A stretch of DNA of 42,966 bases from Opitutaceae bacterium (lineage in GTDB: Bacteria > Verrucomicrobiota > Verrucomicrobiia > Opitutales > Opitutaceae): NCBI GenBank assembly GCA_025457685.1, contig JALOTV010000031.1:1-42966 (forward strand). The letters run 5' to 3'. Position numbers and translations under genes: made by a program. Positions 34,693 to 42,966 of the stretch are shown in pieces (the stretch's first letter is position 1; the number at the start of each line of letters is the position of its first letter). The notes under the pieces are model-generated. The model was not told the DNA's origin. It was given only the letters and a program-made list of their open reading frames with translations, and ran no database searches.

Positions 34693-37317
34693 TCAAGGGG
34701 CCGCCACCGCCTCCACTCCACCGGACGCCGACTGCGCGGGCAACGCGAGCCGGCCTCTCGCCAGATTGCCGCCCGGCAAATCTCGTGACGCCAGCATGCG
34801 CCACACTTCGCGCGCCTCGTCGGCCCGGCCGCCCGACTCGAGTGCACCCGCCATGCTCGCGAGCATCCGTCCCGCCCAGTAGCGCCCCTGCGCCCCGAGC
34901 GTCGCCGCGATCTCGCGATCCAAAATCAAGGCATCGGCCACCGCGCCCCACGTGGCCAAAGCCTCGGACACATCACGCCCGACCTGAAGATCGCCCAGCT
35001 TAAACCCTGCCTCCATCCGCAGATCGATCGACGCGCTGGCCAGATCGCGCAACCGCTCCAAAATCGTGATCGCACTCTCCAAGTGGGACGCGTCGCTCGC
35101 GGCCTGGGCCCGATGACAATCCGCCAAAGCCATCTGCGCCGACAATACCCCAGGGTGCTGGCCGAACTGGTTTACCAAGGCCTCGTAGATCTGCTGCGCG
35201 GCGGCAAACTCGCCCAGACGCCTGAGCAAATCGCCCTGCTTCATCCGCGCCGCGAAAATCAAGCGATGCTGCGGATAGTCCCGCACCAACCGCTCCTCGA
35301 GCAGCATGTAGGCCTCGCGGTAAAACACGTCCTCGCCTCGTCGCTCCGCGTTGATTGCCGCCTGAAAGAGCGCGAAGGGCGCCTGCTCATGGTCGCGATA
35401 ATCGTCGGCAAACTGGGTCAGCAGCCGCTGCGACTCCACCAGCCCGCCGGCCGCGGCCCGGATATCCGCCTCGACCAGGAACGACTGCAACGCCGCCTCC
35501 GAGCCCGCGAGGTCCACGCGCAGCTTTTGCAATTCGGCCACCGCCTCCTCGCCGCGCCCAAGGTCGAACAACGCCTCCGCCGCCACCAGACGCACCAAGC
35601 CGGCGAGCTCGCGGGCCAGCGGCGCATCCAGCCCCGCAAACTGCGACGGAGCCTCGCGCGCCAAACGCACCGCGTCCTCTGCCCTGCCCGATTCGCGCGC
35701 CAGCTTCGCCTCCAGCCACGCCATGCGTCCGCGCAACTCGGGTGGACGCGCGCCCGCATCGCTCTCGGCGCGCAAACGGCCCACGCGGGCCAGCGCCAGT
35801 TCCCCTTGTCCTGCCGCCTGCAGCCCGCGCGCGAGATTCCACTCCGCCTGCCAACGCGTGATCGCGTCGAAACGCGCGTCGGCCGCGAAGCGATCCACCA
35901 GCTCGGCGGCCTTGCCCAGTCGTCCCGCGGACACCTCGGACATCACCGCTTGAAACATGATCTCCGCCGCCGGCACCCCCGCCGGCGGAGCATCCACCGC
36001 CGCCACGTAGGTCTCCGCCGCAGACGCGTAGTCCTCCGCCCGATACGACGCCTCGGCCGCGAGCAGACGCAGTCCGTCCCGCACCGCCGCATCGGTCGCG
36101 GCCCCCGCGGCCTGGGCCGCGAAATCCGCGGCGGTGCGGAAGCGGCGCAGCTCCCACGCCACCGTCGCGAGCTGCGTCAACGCGCGCGCCCGCTGGGCGG
36201 AGCCCGGGAAACGCGCCAGCAAGGCCCTCGCGTCCGCCTCCGCCGCTCCGTGCTCCTGACCCGCGAGGGCGAGCTCGGCCCGCGCCAGCAAAAACTCCTC
36301 GCTCAACGCGTGCGCCGGCGTCCGCCCCAGCAAATCATCCAGCAACCGGCGCAGCCTCGACCGCGCCTCCACCGTTTCGGCCCCTTCGACCAACACCGCC
36401 AGCGCCATGCGCTGTTTATCGGCGTCCCTTCCGGAACCCAGCAGCTGCTCCATCGCCTGCCGACCCGCCGACGCACCGGGGCCCGCGATCAAACCGATCA
36501 TCAGACGCACATCGTCGCTCGCGTCCACCGCGCCGATCTCCGCCAGCGTCGCGAGTTGATCCTGAAGGTAGGCCGTTCCTTCCTCGCGCCTTCCCAATAG
36601 CGCGAGAGCCACCGCGCGCTGGATCGCATAGTCGGTCCCCAGCCTCCGGCCGGCGTAGCGCTCGGCCAGTTTTTTGAGCTCGTTCGCCTGCTCGTCCGTC
36701 GCCTCGCCCTCGGCCAGCCGCATGCGCTCGCGGGTCAAGCGCAGGCGCGCCCGCTGCCAGTCGGAGACCGCCACCGCCAGGGCCTGGTCGTAGGCCGCGC
36801 CCGCCTTCGCGCCATCCCGCGCCGCCTCCGCCGTTAAACCCTGCAAAAAGTAAAACCACACCCGCTCGTCGGCCGGCAGCGCTTCCGGTCGCAACCCGGC
36901 CAGCGCGGCCTGCGCCGCCGCGAGGTCGCCGCGCCTCACCGCAATCAGGCCGGCGCGCAGGCGATGCCTCGGCGCGCGCGGATCGCCGTGATTGCTCAGC
37001 GCGCGCTCCGCGCCGGCCAGATCGCCCAGCTCCAACCTCGCGGCCGTCAGCAACAACGCCGCCGCATCCCGCGTCGGCCCCGCTTCCGTATTCGCCACCA
37101 CCCGTTCGGCCTGCGCCGCCGCCGTGGCCGCAAACCCGAGCGCCAGCGCCCGCTTGGCCGATTCTTCGGTGACGATCAGGCTGCCTGGCGCGCGTGGAGT
37201 CGGCGCGAGGGGCACCGGCGCGAAGAGCGTGCGCTCCGTCTTTTCTTCCTGCGCCCGCACCGGCCCGACCAGGCCGAGCCAGCCCGCGAGAAGGAGAATG
37301 AATAAGCGCCGCGCCAT
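34693..37317 (-). CDS. Large secreted tetratricopeptide-repeat protein
   Basis: Signal peptide MARRLFILLLAGWLGLVGPVRA; repeated helical units ending LL.RFPGS, DYRDH, DYPQH, QFGQH. Start placed at ATG 37317. Confidence 0.85.
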   Translation of the reverse strand: MARRLFILLLAGWLGLVGPVRAQEEKTERTLFAPVPLAPTPRAPGSLIVTEESAKRALALGFAATAAAQAERVVANTEAGPTRDAAALLLTAARLELGDLAGAERALSNHGDPRAPRHRLRAGLIAVRRGDLAAAQAALAGLRPEALPADERVWFYFLQGLTAEAARDGAKAGAAYDQALAVAVSDWQRARLRLTRERMRLAEGEATDEQANELKKLAERYAGRRLGTDYAIQRAVALALLGRREEGTAYLQDQLATLAEIGAVDASDDVRLMIGLIAGPGASAGRQAMEQLLGSGRDADKQRMALAVLVEGAETVEARSRLRRLLDDLLGRTPAHALSEEFLLARAELALAGQEHGAAEADARALLARFPGSAQRARALTQLATVAWELRRFRTAADFAAQAAGAATDAAVRDGLRLLAAEASYRAEDYASAAETYVAAVDAPPAGVPAAEIMFQAVMSEVSAGRLGKAAELVDRFAADARFDAITRWQAEWNLARGLQAAGQGELALARVGRLRAESDAGARPPELRGRMAWLEAKLARESGRAEDAVRLAREAPSQFAGLDAPLARELAGLVRLVAAEALFDLGRGEEAVAELQKLRVDLAGSEAALQSFLVEADIRAAAGGLVESQRLLTQFADDYRDHEQAPFALFQAAINAERRGEDVFYREAYMLLEERLVRDYPQHRLIFAARMKQGDLLRRLGEFAAAQQIYEALVNQFGQHPGVLSAQMALADCHRAQAASDASHLESAITILERLRDLASASIDLRMEAGFKLGDLQVGRDVSEALATWGAVADALILDREIAATLGAQGRYWAGRMLASMAGALESGGRADEAREVWRMLASRDLPGGNLARGRLALPAQSASGGVEAVAAP

Positions 37318-37513
37318 GAGTAAGGGTTTAGCCGGATTTTCCCAAAAAGGAAAAAAGTGCGCCCGCACCCTGTCCAGCCCGCCACCTTTATGGCAACCGC
37401 GATTCAGTCTCGCGTGTCGAAGGCCCCGTTCCCTCACTTTCCACGCTCGCCCGGAGCGTCCCGTGCGCGCGTCCACCGCACGTCCGGCGCAGCCTCGATC
37501 CGCACCATCCGCC

Positions 37514-38113
37514 ATGAACTCGGCCCTTATCATCCTGCTCGTCCTCGCCGCCCTCCTCATCGCCGCCGCGCTTTGGGCCATGGGTGTTTACAACGGTCTC
37601 GTGGCCCTCCGTAACCGCTTTAAAAACGCCTTCGCCCAGATCGACGTCCAGCTCAAGCGCCGCTACGATCTCATCCCCAACCTCGTCGAGACCGCCAAGG
37701 GCTACCTCGCCCACGAGCGCGAGACCCTCGAGGCCGTGATCAAGGCCCGCAACGTCGCCGCCAGCGCCGCCCAGGCCGTCGCCGCCAATCCCGCCAACGG
37801 CGCCGCCCTCCAAGGCCTGCTCGGCGCCGAGAGCGGCCTCGCCGGCGCCCTCTCCCGCCTCATGGTCGTCTCCGAGGCCTACCCCGACCTCAAGGCCAAC
37901 CAAAACATGCTGCGCCTCACCGAGGAGCTCACCAGCACCGAAAACAAGATCTCCTTCGCTCGCCAGGCCTTCAACGACGCGGTCATGGCCTACAACACCC
38001 GCCGCGAGACCTTCCCCGCCGTGCTCGTGGCAGGCGCCCTCGGCTTCACCGAGGCCCAGCTCTTCACCGTCGAGTCGCCCGCCGAGCGCGTAGCGCCTAA
38101 GGTGAGTTTCTAA
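37514..38113 (+). CDS. lemA: LemA family protein
   Basis: YNGLV, QIDVQLKRRYDLIPNLVETAKGY, EAYPDLKAN, TENKISFARQ. Confidence 0.96.
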   Translation: MNSALIILLVLAALLIAAALWAMGVYNGLVALRNRFKNAFAQIDVQLKRRYDLIPNLVETAKGYLAHERETLEAVIKARNVAASAAQAVAANPANGAALQGLLGAESGLAGALSRLMVVSEAYPDLKANQNMLRLTEELTSTENKISFARQAFNDAVMAYNTRRETFPAVLVAGALGFTEAQLFTVESPAERVAPKVSF

Positions 38114-38160
38114 AAACCCTCCCGTCTCTCCGCTCGCGCCCGCCACCCGCCTCCGCCGCC

Positions 38161-38496
38161 ATGCCCTTCGTTCCCCTGCTCGCCCAAGTCTCGCCCGAAG
38201 CCGTGGGCCTCGGTCTCGGCCTCGGCTTCATCTTGCTCATAGGCCTCGCCATCGCCGCCAGCCTCGCCCTGTTCGTGCTCTGGATCTGGATGATCGTGGA
38301 CTGCGCCCAGGCGCCCCACGATCCGCGCAATCCAAACGCACGCCTGATCTGGATCCTCGTGCTCATCTTCACCGGCTGGCTGGGCGCCGTGCTCTACTAC
38401 TTCATCGCGCGCCGCCCGCGCCTCGCCTACGCCGCCGCCACCGGCATGAACGAAAACCCCTTCGTCTCCCCCCCGCCTCCGGCCCGCCGGGTCTGA
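38161..38496 (+). CDS. Small membrane protein, PLDc_N-like
   Basis: LWIWMIVDC...LIWILVLIFTGWLGAVLYYF pattern. Confidence 0.75.
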   Translation: MPFVPLLAQVSPEAVGLGLGLGFILLIGLAIAASLALFVLWIWMIVDCAQAPHDPRNPNARLIWILVLIFTGWLGAVLYYFIARRPRLAYAAATGMNENPFVSPPPPARRV

Positions 38497-38524
38497 ACCC
38501 GCCGCCGCGCACCGCCCGCCGCCC

Positions 38525-40465
38525 ATGGATTTTTTCGAGGCCCAGGCTCGCGCCAAAAAACGCTCCGGACGCCTCGTCCTGCTTTTCATCCTCGCCGTCG
38601 CCGGCACCATCGCGGCCACCTACGGCGCGGCTTTGCTGATCTTGCGCCTCGCCGGCCAGCCGCGCGCGGGCCTGCTCCACCCGGATCTTCTCGGCGCCGT
38701 CGCGGGTTTCACGTTGCTGGTCTGCGGCGTCGCCTGCGCCTATAAACTCGCCCTGCTCCGCGCCGGCGGCCCCGCCGTGGCCGAGCACGCGGGAGGCCGC
38801 CGCGTCCACCCCGGCACCACCGATCTGCGCGAGCGCACCCTGCTCAATGTCGTCGAGGAGATGGCCCTCGCCTCCGGCCTGCCCGCGCCGGCCGTTTACA
38901 TCCTGCCCGACGAGCAGGGTATAAACGCCTTCGCCGCCGGCTACTCTCCGGCCGACGCCGCCGTCGCCGTCACCGAGGGCGCGCTCGCCCGGCTCGATCG
39001 CGATGAGCTCCAGGGCGTGGTCGCCCACGAATTCAGCCACATCCTCAACGGCGACATGCGGCTCAATACCCGCCTGTCCGCCCTCGTGTTTGGCATCCTC
39101 GCCCTGTCCGTCATCGGCCGCGTCGTGCTGCGCTCCCTGCGTCACGCGCGTGTCTCCGGTTCCTCCTCAGGACGCGGAGGCAAGGGCGGCGGCGGCATCG
39201 TCGTGCTCGCCCTGGCCGTCGGCCTATCGCTGCTCATCATCGGCTACATCGGCCACCTTTTCGGACGCCTCATCCAGGCCGCGGTCTCGCGCCAGCGCGA
39301 ATACCTCGCCGACGCCGCCGCCGTGCAGTTCACCCGCAACCCGTCCGGCATCACCGGCGCGCTCAAGAAACTCGGTGGCTCCGCCCTCGCCGGCCGCATG
39401 GAATCCGCTACCGCCGGCGAGATCAGCCACTTCTGCTTCGCGCAAAATTTCCGCGCCTCCCTCGGCGGACTCTTCGCCACCCACCCGCCGCTCGACGAAC
39501 GCATCCGCGCCATCGAGCCGACCTTCGACGGCCGCTACCTCGCGGCCCCCGCCCGCCAGCCCGCGCGCGACAGCGCCCGACCCACCGTGGCCGTCTCCTC
39601 CTTCGCCGCACCACACGTCGCCGCGACGGCCTCGCGCATCGACATCGCAGCGCTCATCTCCGCCGCCGGCCAGTTCTCCGCCGCCGGCGTCCAGGCCGGC
39701 CGCGCCTTCATCGAGGGCCTGCCCGATTCGCTCCGCGCGGCCGCCCACGACCCCGCCTCCATCGCCGCCCTCGCCTACGCCCTCTGCCTGCCGCGTCCCG
39801 TCGCGCCCGATCGCCTCGACACCCTGCTCGCGCTCGTCGCGGATCGCGCCGACCCCGCCGCCGCCCGACGCACCAAAGAACTTCACGAAGCCCTCGACGC
39901 GCTGCCCCCCGCCCACCGTCTGCCTTTGTTGCAAGTCGCCACGCCCGCCCTTCGCGAACTCGGGCCCGCCGCCTGCGCCACCTTGCTCGATACGCTCGAC
40001 GCCCTCGTCCACGCCGACGGCACCGTCATCCCGCACGAGTTTGCCCTGCAAAAAATCATCGCCCGCACCCTCGGGCTGGTCTCCCGCCCGCGCGACGCCG
40101 TGCACGTGCTCGCCCCGCGCGACGTCGCCAGCGAACTCTCGATCGCCCTGTCCGCCGCCGCCCGCCTTCAAGCCTCCGACGAAGCCGCCGCCGCCCGCGC
40201 CTTCGCCCGCGCCGCCATGGAGTTCAACGGCCTCCAACCTCCGCTCGCCTACCATCCCGCCGGCCCCGCCACGCTCGACGCCCTCGACACCGCGCTCGAA
40301 CACCTCGCCCACACGCCGGCCCCCTTTCGCAAACGCATCCTGACCGCCTTCGCCACCGCGCTCACCGCCGACGGCGGCCTCTCCCTGCCCGAGGCCGACC
40401 TGCTCCGCGCCTTCGCCGCCGTGCTCGATTGCCCGCTCCCACCCGTGTTGCCCGTCTCGCCATGA
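38525..40465 (+). CDS. HtpX-like M48 zinc metalloprotease with long C-terminal helical (TerB-like) extension
   Basis: MDFFEAQ, NVVEEMALASG, INAFAAG, AHEFSH, SRQREYLAD, THPP; C-terminal ADG.V...E motifs. Confidence 0.93.
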   Translation: MDFFEAQARAKKRSGRLVLLFILAVAGTIAATYGAALLILRLAGQPRAGLLHPDLLGAVAGFTLLVCGVACAYKLALLRAGGPAVAEHAGGRRVHPGTTDLRERTLLNVVEEMALASGLPAPAVYILPDEQGINAFAAGYSPADAAVAVTEGALARLDRDELQGVVAHEFSHILNGDMRLNTRLSALVFGILALSVIGRVVLRSLRHARVSGSSSGRGGKGGGGIVVLALAVGLSLLIIGYIGHLFGRLIQAAVSRQREYLADAAAVQFTRNPSGITGALKKLGGSALAGRMESATAGEISHFCFAQNFRASLGGLFATHPPLDERIRAIEPTFDGRYLAAPARQPARDSARPTVAVSSFAAPHVAATASRIDIAALISAAGQFSAAGVQAGRAFIEGLPDSLRAAAHDPASIAALAYALCLPRPVAPDRLDTLLALVADRADPAAARRTKELHEALDALPPAHRLPLLQVATPALRELGPAACATLLDTLDALVHADGTVIPHEFALQKIIARTLGLVSRPRDAVHVLAPRDVASELSIALSAAARLQASDEAAAARAFARAAMEFNGLQPPLAYHPAGPATLDALDTALEHLAHTPAPFRKRILTAFATALTADGGLSLPEADLLRAFAAVLDCPLPPVLPVSP

Positions 40466-41397
40466 ACCCGGTCTACGTCGCCCTCGCCTACCTCGGTCTC
40501 TTCGTCGGCACCGCCGCGCTGCTGGTGTTTCTGCGCGCCCGCTCGCGCCAGGAACGCGCCCCCTTCCCCGACCACCTGCGCCTGCTGCGCGCGCCCGGCG
40601 AGTCCCTGCGCGCCCGCCTCGCCGTCGCGGAAGAGGCCCTGCTCGACCGCTTTTTCCTGCTCATCGGCCTGCCCGCCGTCGCCTACGGCGCGTTGCTCTA
40701 CCTCGCCACCACCCTCCGCGAGCAGCACCCCTACACCGCCACCACGCTGGTGTTTATCGGGCTGCTCGGACTGCTCACGTCTTTCTACGTCGGCGTGCGC
40801 CAGCTCGTCGCCTTGATCGACCTGCGCCGCAACCTCCGCCTCGGCTATTTCGGAGAGCGCGTCGTCGCCGAACACCTCGAGCCGCTCAAGGCCGCCGGCT
40901 TCCGCGTGTTTCACGACCTGCCCGCCGGCGAGCCTTCGGGCAACGCCTCCGCCTCGCGCAACCTCGACCACGTCGTCGTCGGCCCCACCGGCATCTTCGC
41001 CCTCGAGACCAAGACCCGCCGCAAAGGCCGCGCCCGCGTGGGCTTCATGGCCCACGAGATCATCTACGACGGCCACACCCTCGCCTACCCGTGGGGCGAA
41101 GACCGCCACGGCCTCGAACAAGCCGAGACACAGGCGCGCTGGCTCGCCGAATTTTTGGAAAACCAACTCGGCCGCGCCGTGCCCGTCACCCCCGTGCTGG
41201 TCTTCCCCGGCTGGACCGTCCTGCGCAAAAATCGCGGCCTGGTCCACGTGCTGAGCCCGCGCGAGCTGCCCGACTTTGTCGCCCGTCCGCCCGCCCCGCC
41301 GGACTTCGCCGGCTTCGTCCCGCCGCAGCCCGACGCAGCCACGCTCGAACTGATCGTGCGCGAACTCGAGCAACGCTGCCGCGACGTGGAACTTTAG
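40462..41397 (+). CDS. Membrane-anchored NERD (nuclease-related domain) protein
   Basis: Three hydrophobic segments, then GERVVAEHL, VFHDL, NLDHVVVGPTGIFALETK; ATGA overlap with the M48 gene. Confidence 0.85.
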   Translation: MNPVYVALAYLGLFVGTAALLVFLRARSRQERAPFPDHLRLLRAPGESLRARLAVAEEALLDRFFLLIGLPAVAYGALLYLATTLREQHPYTATTLVFIGLLGLLTSFYVGVRQLVALIDLRRNLRLGYFGERVVAEHLEPLKAAGFRVFHDLPAGEPSGNASASRNLDHVVVGPTGIFALETKTRRKGRARVGFMAHEIIYDGHTLAYPWGEDRHGLEQAETQARWLAEFLENQLGRAVPVTPVLVFPGWTVLRKNRGLVHVLSPRELPDFVARPPAPPDFAGFVPPQPDAATLELIVRELEQRCRDVEL

Positions 41398-41435
41398 GCC
41401 CTGGGAACGCCGAGCTCCAGCTCGGCTCCTCCGCC

Positions 41436-41771
41436 TCATCCGGACTTCGTCCGCTCCTCGCGCGCCGCACCCCACAACTCCGCCAGGATGCCCGCGCGCT
41501 CCGCCGCGAAACTCGTCCCGCCCGCCGGCATTTTTCGCCCCGCCCGCGCATACCAGTAGGCCGCGTTGCCCTCGTCGCCTTCCACACGGTGCAGGTAGGC
41601 GTGCACCCAGTCGCCGGCTCTGTCCCCCTCGTCGCCCGCCCGCTGCGCCGCCACATGCGCCGCATCCCACCGCCCGCGCGCCTCCAGCCATAGCGCCCGC
41701 AACGCCTCCCCGCGCGCCGCCACCTCCGCCTCCGCCAACTCCAAAAACGCCTCTATCGTCATCGTCCCCAT
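41436..41771 (-). CDS. Conserved hypothetical protein
   Basis: Motif WDAAH..Q...[21 protein letters not shown], recognised as a widespread uncharacterised family. Start at ATG 41771 or 41762. Confidence 0.8.
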   Translation of the reverse strand: MGTMTIEAFLELAEAEVAARGEALRALWLEARGRWDAAHVAAQRAGDEGDRAGDWVHAYLHRVEGDEGNAAYWYARAGRKMPAGGTSFAAERAGILAELWGAAREERTKSG

Positions 41772-41806
41772 ACCCGCCTTATCCCGCCAGCCCGGCCACC
41801 CCGCAA

Positions 41807-41840
41807 CATTCGTCATTCGACATTGGTCATTCGTCATTTC
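41807..41840 (+). repeat. Tandem heptamer array CATTCGN x ~5
   Basis: CATTCGT CATTCGA CATTGGT CATTCGT CATTTC, just upstream of nadC. Confidence 0.85.
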
Positions 41841-41852
41841 CACTCTTCCCCC

Positions 41853-42776
41853 ATGCCGTCTGCCGCCGCCCTCGACCGCCTGCTCCTTCGCCTCACCTGG
41901 GACGACCTCGACCGCGCCCACCTGCGCCGCTTGGTCGAGCTCGCGCGCGACGAAGACCTCGCCGGCGCCGGCCTCGCCAAAAAACCCGCCCGCACCGGCG
42001 ACCGCTCCACCGCCGCCCTCGCCACCACTCCACGCCTCGGCCGCGCCCACCTCGTCGCCCGCACCGAACTCGTCGCCTGCGGCCTGCCCCTGCTCCCGCT
42101 CATCCTCGCCGCCTACGGTCCGCGCGCCTCCGTGCAACCCCGCGTGCGCGACGGCCGCCGCGTCGCGCCGGGCGAGGTCCTCGCCACCCTCGAGGGCGAC
42201 CCGCGCACCCTGCTCGCGGCCGAACGCGTCGCCCTGAATTTTCTCCAACGCCTCTCCGGCATCGCCACGACCACCGCCGCCCACGTCGCCGCCCTCGGCA
42301 CGGGCCGCACCCGCCTGCTCGACACCCGCAAGACCACCCCCGGCTACCGCATGCTGGAGAAATACGCCGTCGCCTGCGGCGGCGCATGGAACCACCGCCT
42401 TGGGCTCTTCGACCGCGTGATGCTCAAGGACAACCACCTCGCCCTCCTTGGCTCGCCCGACGACCTCGGCGCCGCCGTCGCCCGCGCCAAAAAGGCCGCC
42501 CCCGATCTCGCCGTCGAGGTCGAGATCGACCGCCTCGACCAGCTCCCCGCCGTGCTCGCCGCCGGCGCCGACGTCGTCCTCCTCGACAACTTCACGCCCG
42601 CCCGTATCCGCAAAGCCCTTACGCTCATCGCCGGCCGCGCCTTCACCGAGGCCAGCGGCGGCATCACCCTCAAAACCCTCCCGCGCTACGCCGGCCTGGG
42701 GCTCGACTTCGTCTCCACCGGCGCCCTCGTCCACAAGTCCCCCTGGGCCGACATCGGCCTCGACTGGCAAACCTGA
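41853..42776 (+). CDS. nadC: Quinolinate phosphoribosyltransferase
   Basis: [46 protein letters not shown]. Confidence 0.98.
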   Translation: MPSAAALDRLLLRLTWDDLDRAHLRRLVELARDEDLAGAGLAKKPARTGDRSTAALATTPRLGRAHLVARTELVACGLPLLPLILAAYGPRASVQPRVRDGRRVAPGEVLATLEGDPRTLLAAERVALNFLQRLSGIATTTAAHVAALGTGRTRLLDTRKTTPGYRMLEKYAVACGGAWNHRLGLFDRVMLKDNHLALLGSPDDLGAAVARAKKAAPDLAVEVEIDRLDQLPAVLAAGADVVLLDNFTPARIRKALTLIAGRAFTEASGGITLKTLPRYAGLGLDFVSTGALVHKSPWADIGLDWQT

Positions 42777-42812
42777 CCCCGCCCCACGCTCCCCCTGCGC
42801 CGCCTCTCCAAT

Positions 42813-42840
42813 CATTCGGCCTTCGTCATTCGTCATTCGC
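42813..42840 (+). repeat. Tandem heptamer array CATTCGN x4
   Basis: CATTCGG CCTTCGT CATTCGT CATTCGC, between nadC and the next ATG. Confidence 0.8.
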
Positions 42841-42850
42841 ACCTCACCCC

Positions 42851-42966
42851 ATGCCCTCCGCCCCCGATCGCCCCGACCACGTCGTCCTCCAAGCCCTGCT
42901 TGAGGCCGGCGAAGAGGGCGTCGTCTCCGGCGCCGACCTCGCCCGCCGGCTCGGCGTCAGCCGCGT
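42851..42966 (+). CDS. birA: N-terminal winged HTH, probably bifunctional biotin ligase/repressor BirA (runs off the window)
   Basis: Translated by hand: [38 protein letters not shown], matching the SG..LA..LGVSR HTH_11 motif; nadC-birA is a common gene order. Confidence 0.75.
   Translation, partial: MPSAPDRPDHVVLQALLEAGEEGVVSGADLARRLGVSR

Noticed and set aside
41409-41426. Bidirectional terminator between the convergent NERD and hypothetical genes
   Set aside because: A 7-bp GC hairpin is present but has no U-tract on either side; too weak to call.
41807-41840. CRISPR array
   Set aside because: Units are 7 nt with no spacers, and there are no cas genes.
41436-42842. 468-aa minus-strand ORF as a single gene
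   Set aside because: The upstream part is antisense to nadC and translates the heptamer repeats; only 41436-41771 has a real motif.
34693-42966. Genomic island suggested by the jump in GC content
   Set aside because: No integrase, att repeats or transposase, and it contains housekeeping nadC and birA. The contrast is better explained by the codon usage of the highly expressed cluster.

Overview
Core-genome window from a high-GC bacterium, most likely Verrucomicrobiota (Opitutaceae-like). This assignment is inferred from gene order and protein signatures, not from a search. Bases 1-32.6 kb are one minus-strand translation/transcription supercluster: tRNA-Thr, tuf, tRNA-Trp, secE, nusG, rplK-A-J-L, rpoB, rpoC, rpsL-rpsG-fusA, then the S10, spc and alpha operons, ending in a truncated rplQ. 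Bases 32.7-43 kb hold a TPR-ExbB-ExbD-TonB-like operon (minus), a lemA-PLDc_N-htpX/M48-NERD operon (plus), a conserved hypothetical gene, nadC and the start of birA. The most notable anomalies are: (1) 7-nt-periodic repeat elements, namely an inverted 5+5 GATGnnn/CATCnnn hairpin between rpoA and rplQ and CATTCGN arrays flanking nadC; (2) in-frame losses of about 15-16 codons in highly conserved parts of rpoB and rplD; (3) a degenerate adenylate kinase lacking the P-loop and lid; (4) a secreted-protein gene inserted between rpsS and rplV; (5) a structured 650-bp rpoC-rpsL spacer with sRNA candidates; (6) an ExbD lacking its essential Asp; (7) a SecY with an extra C-terminal hydrophobic helix; (8) several candidate r-protein leader RNAs. 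No CRISPR array, rRNA gene, transposase or integrase was seen.
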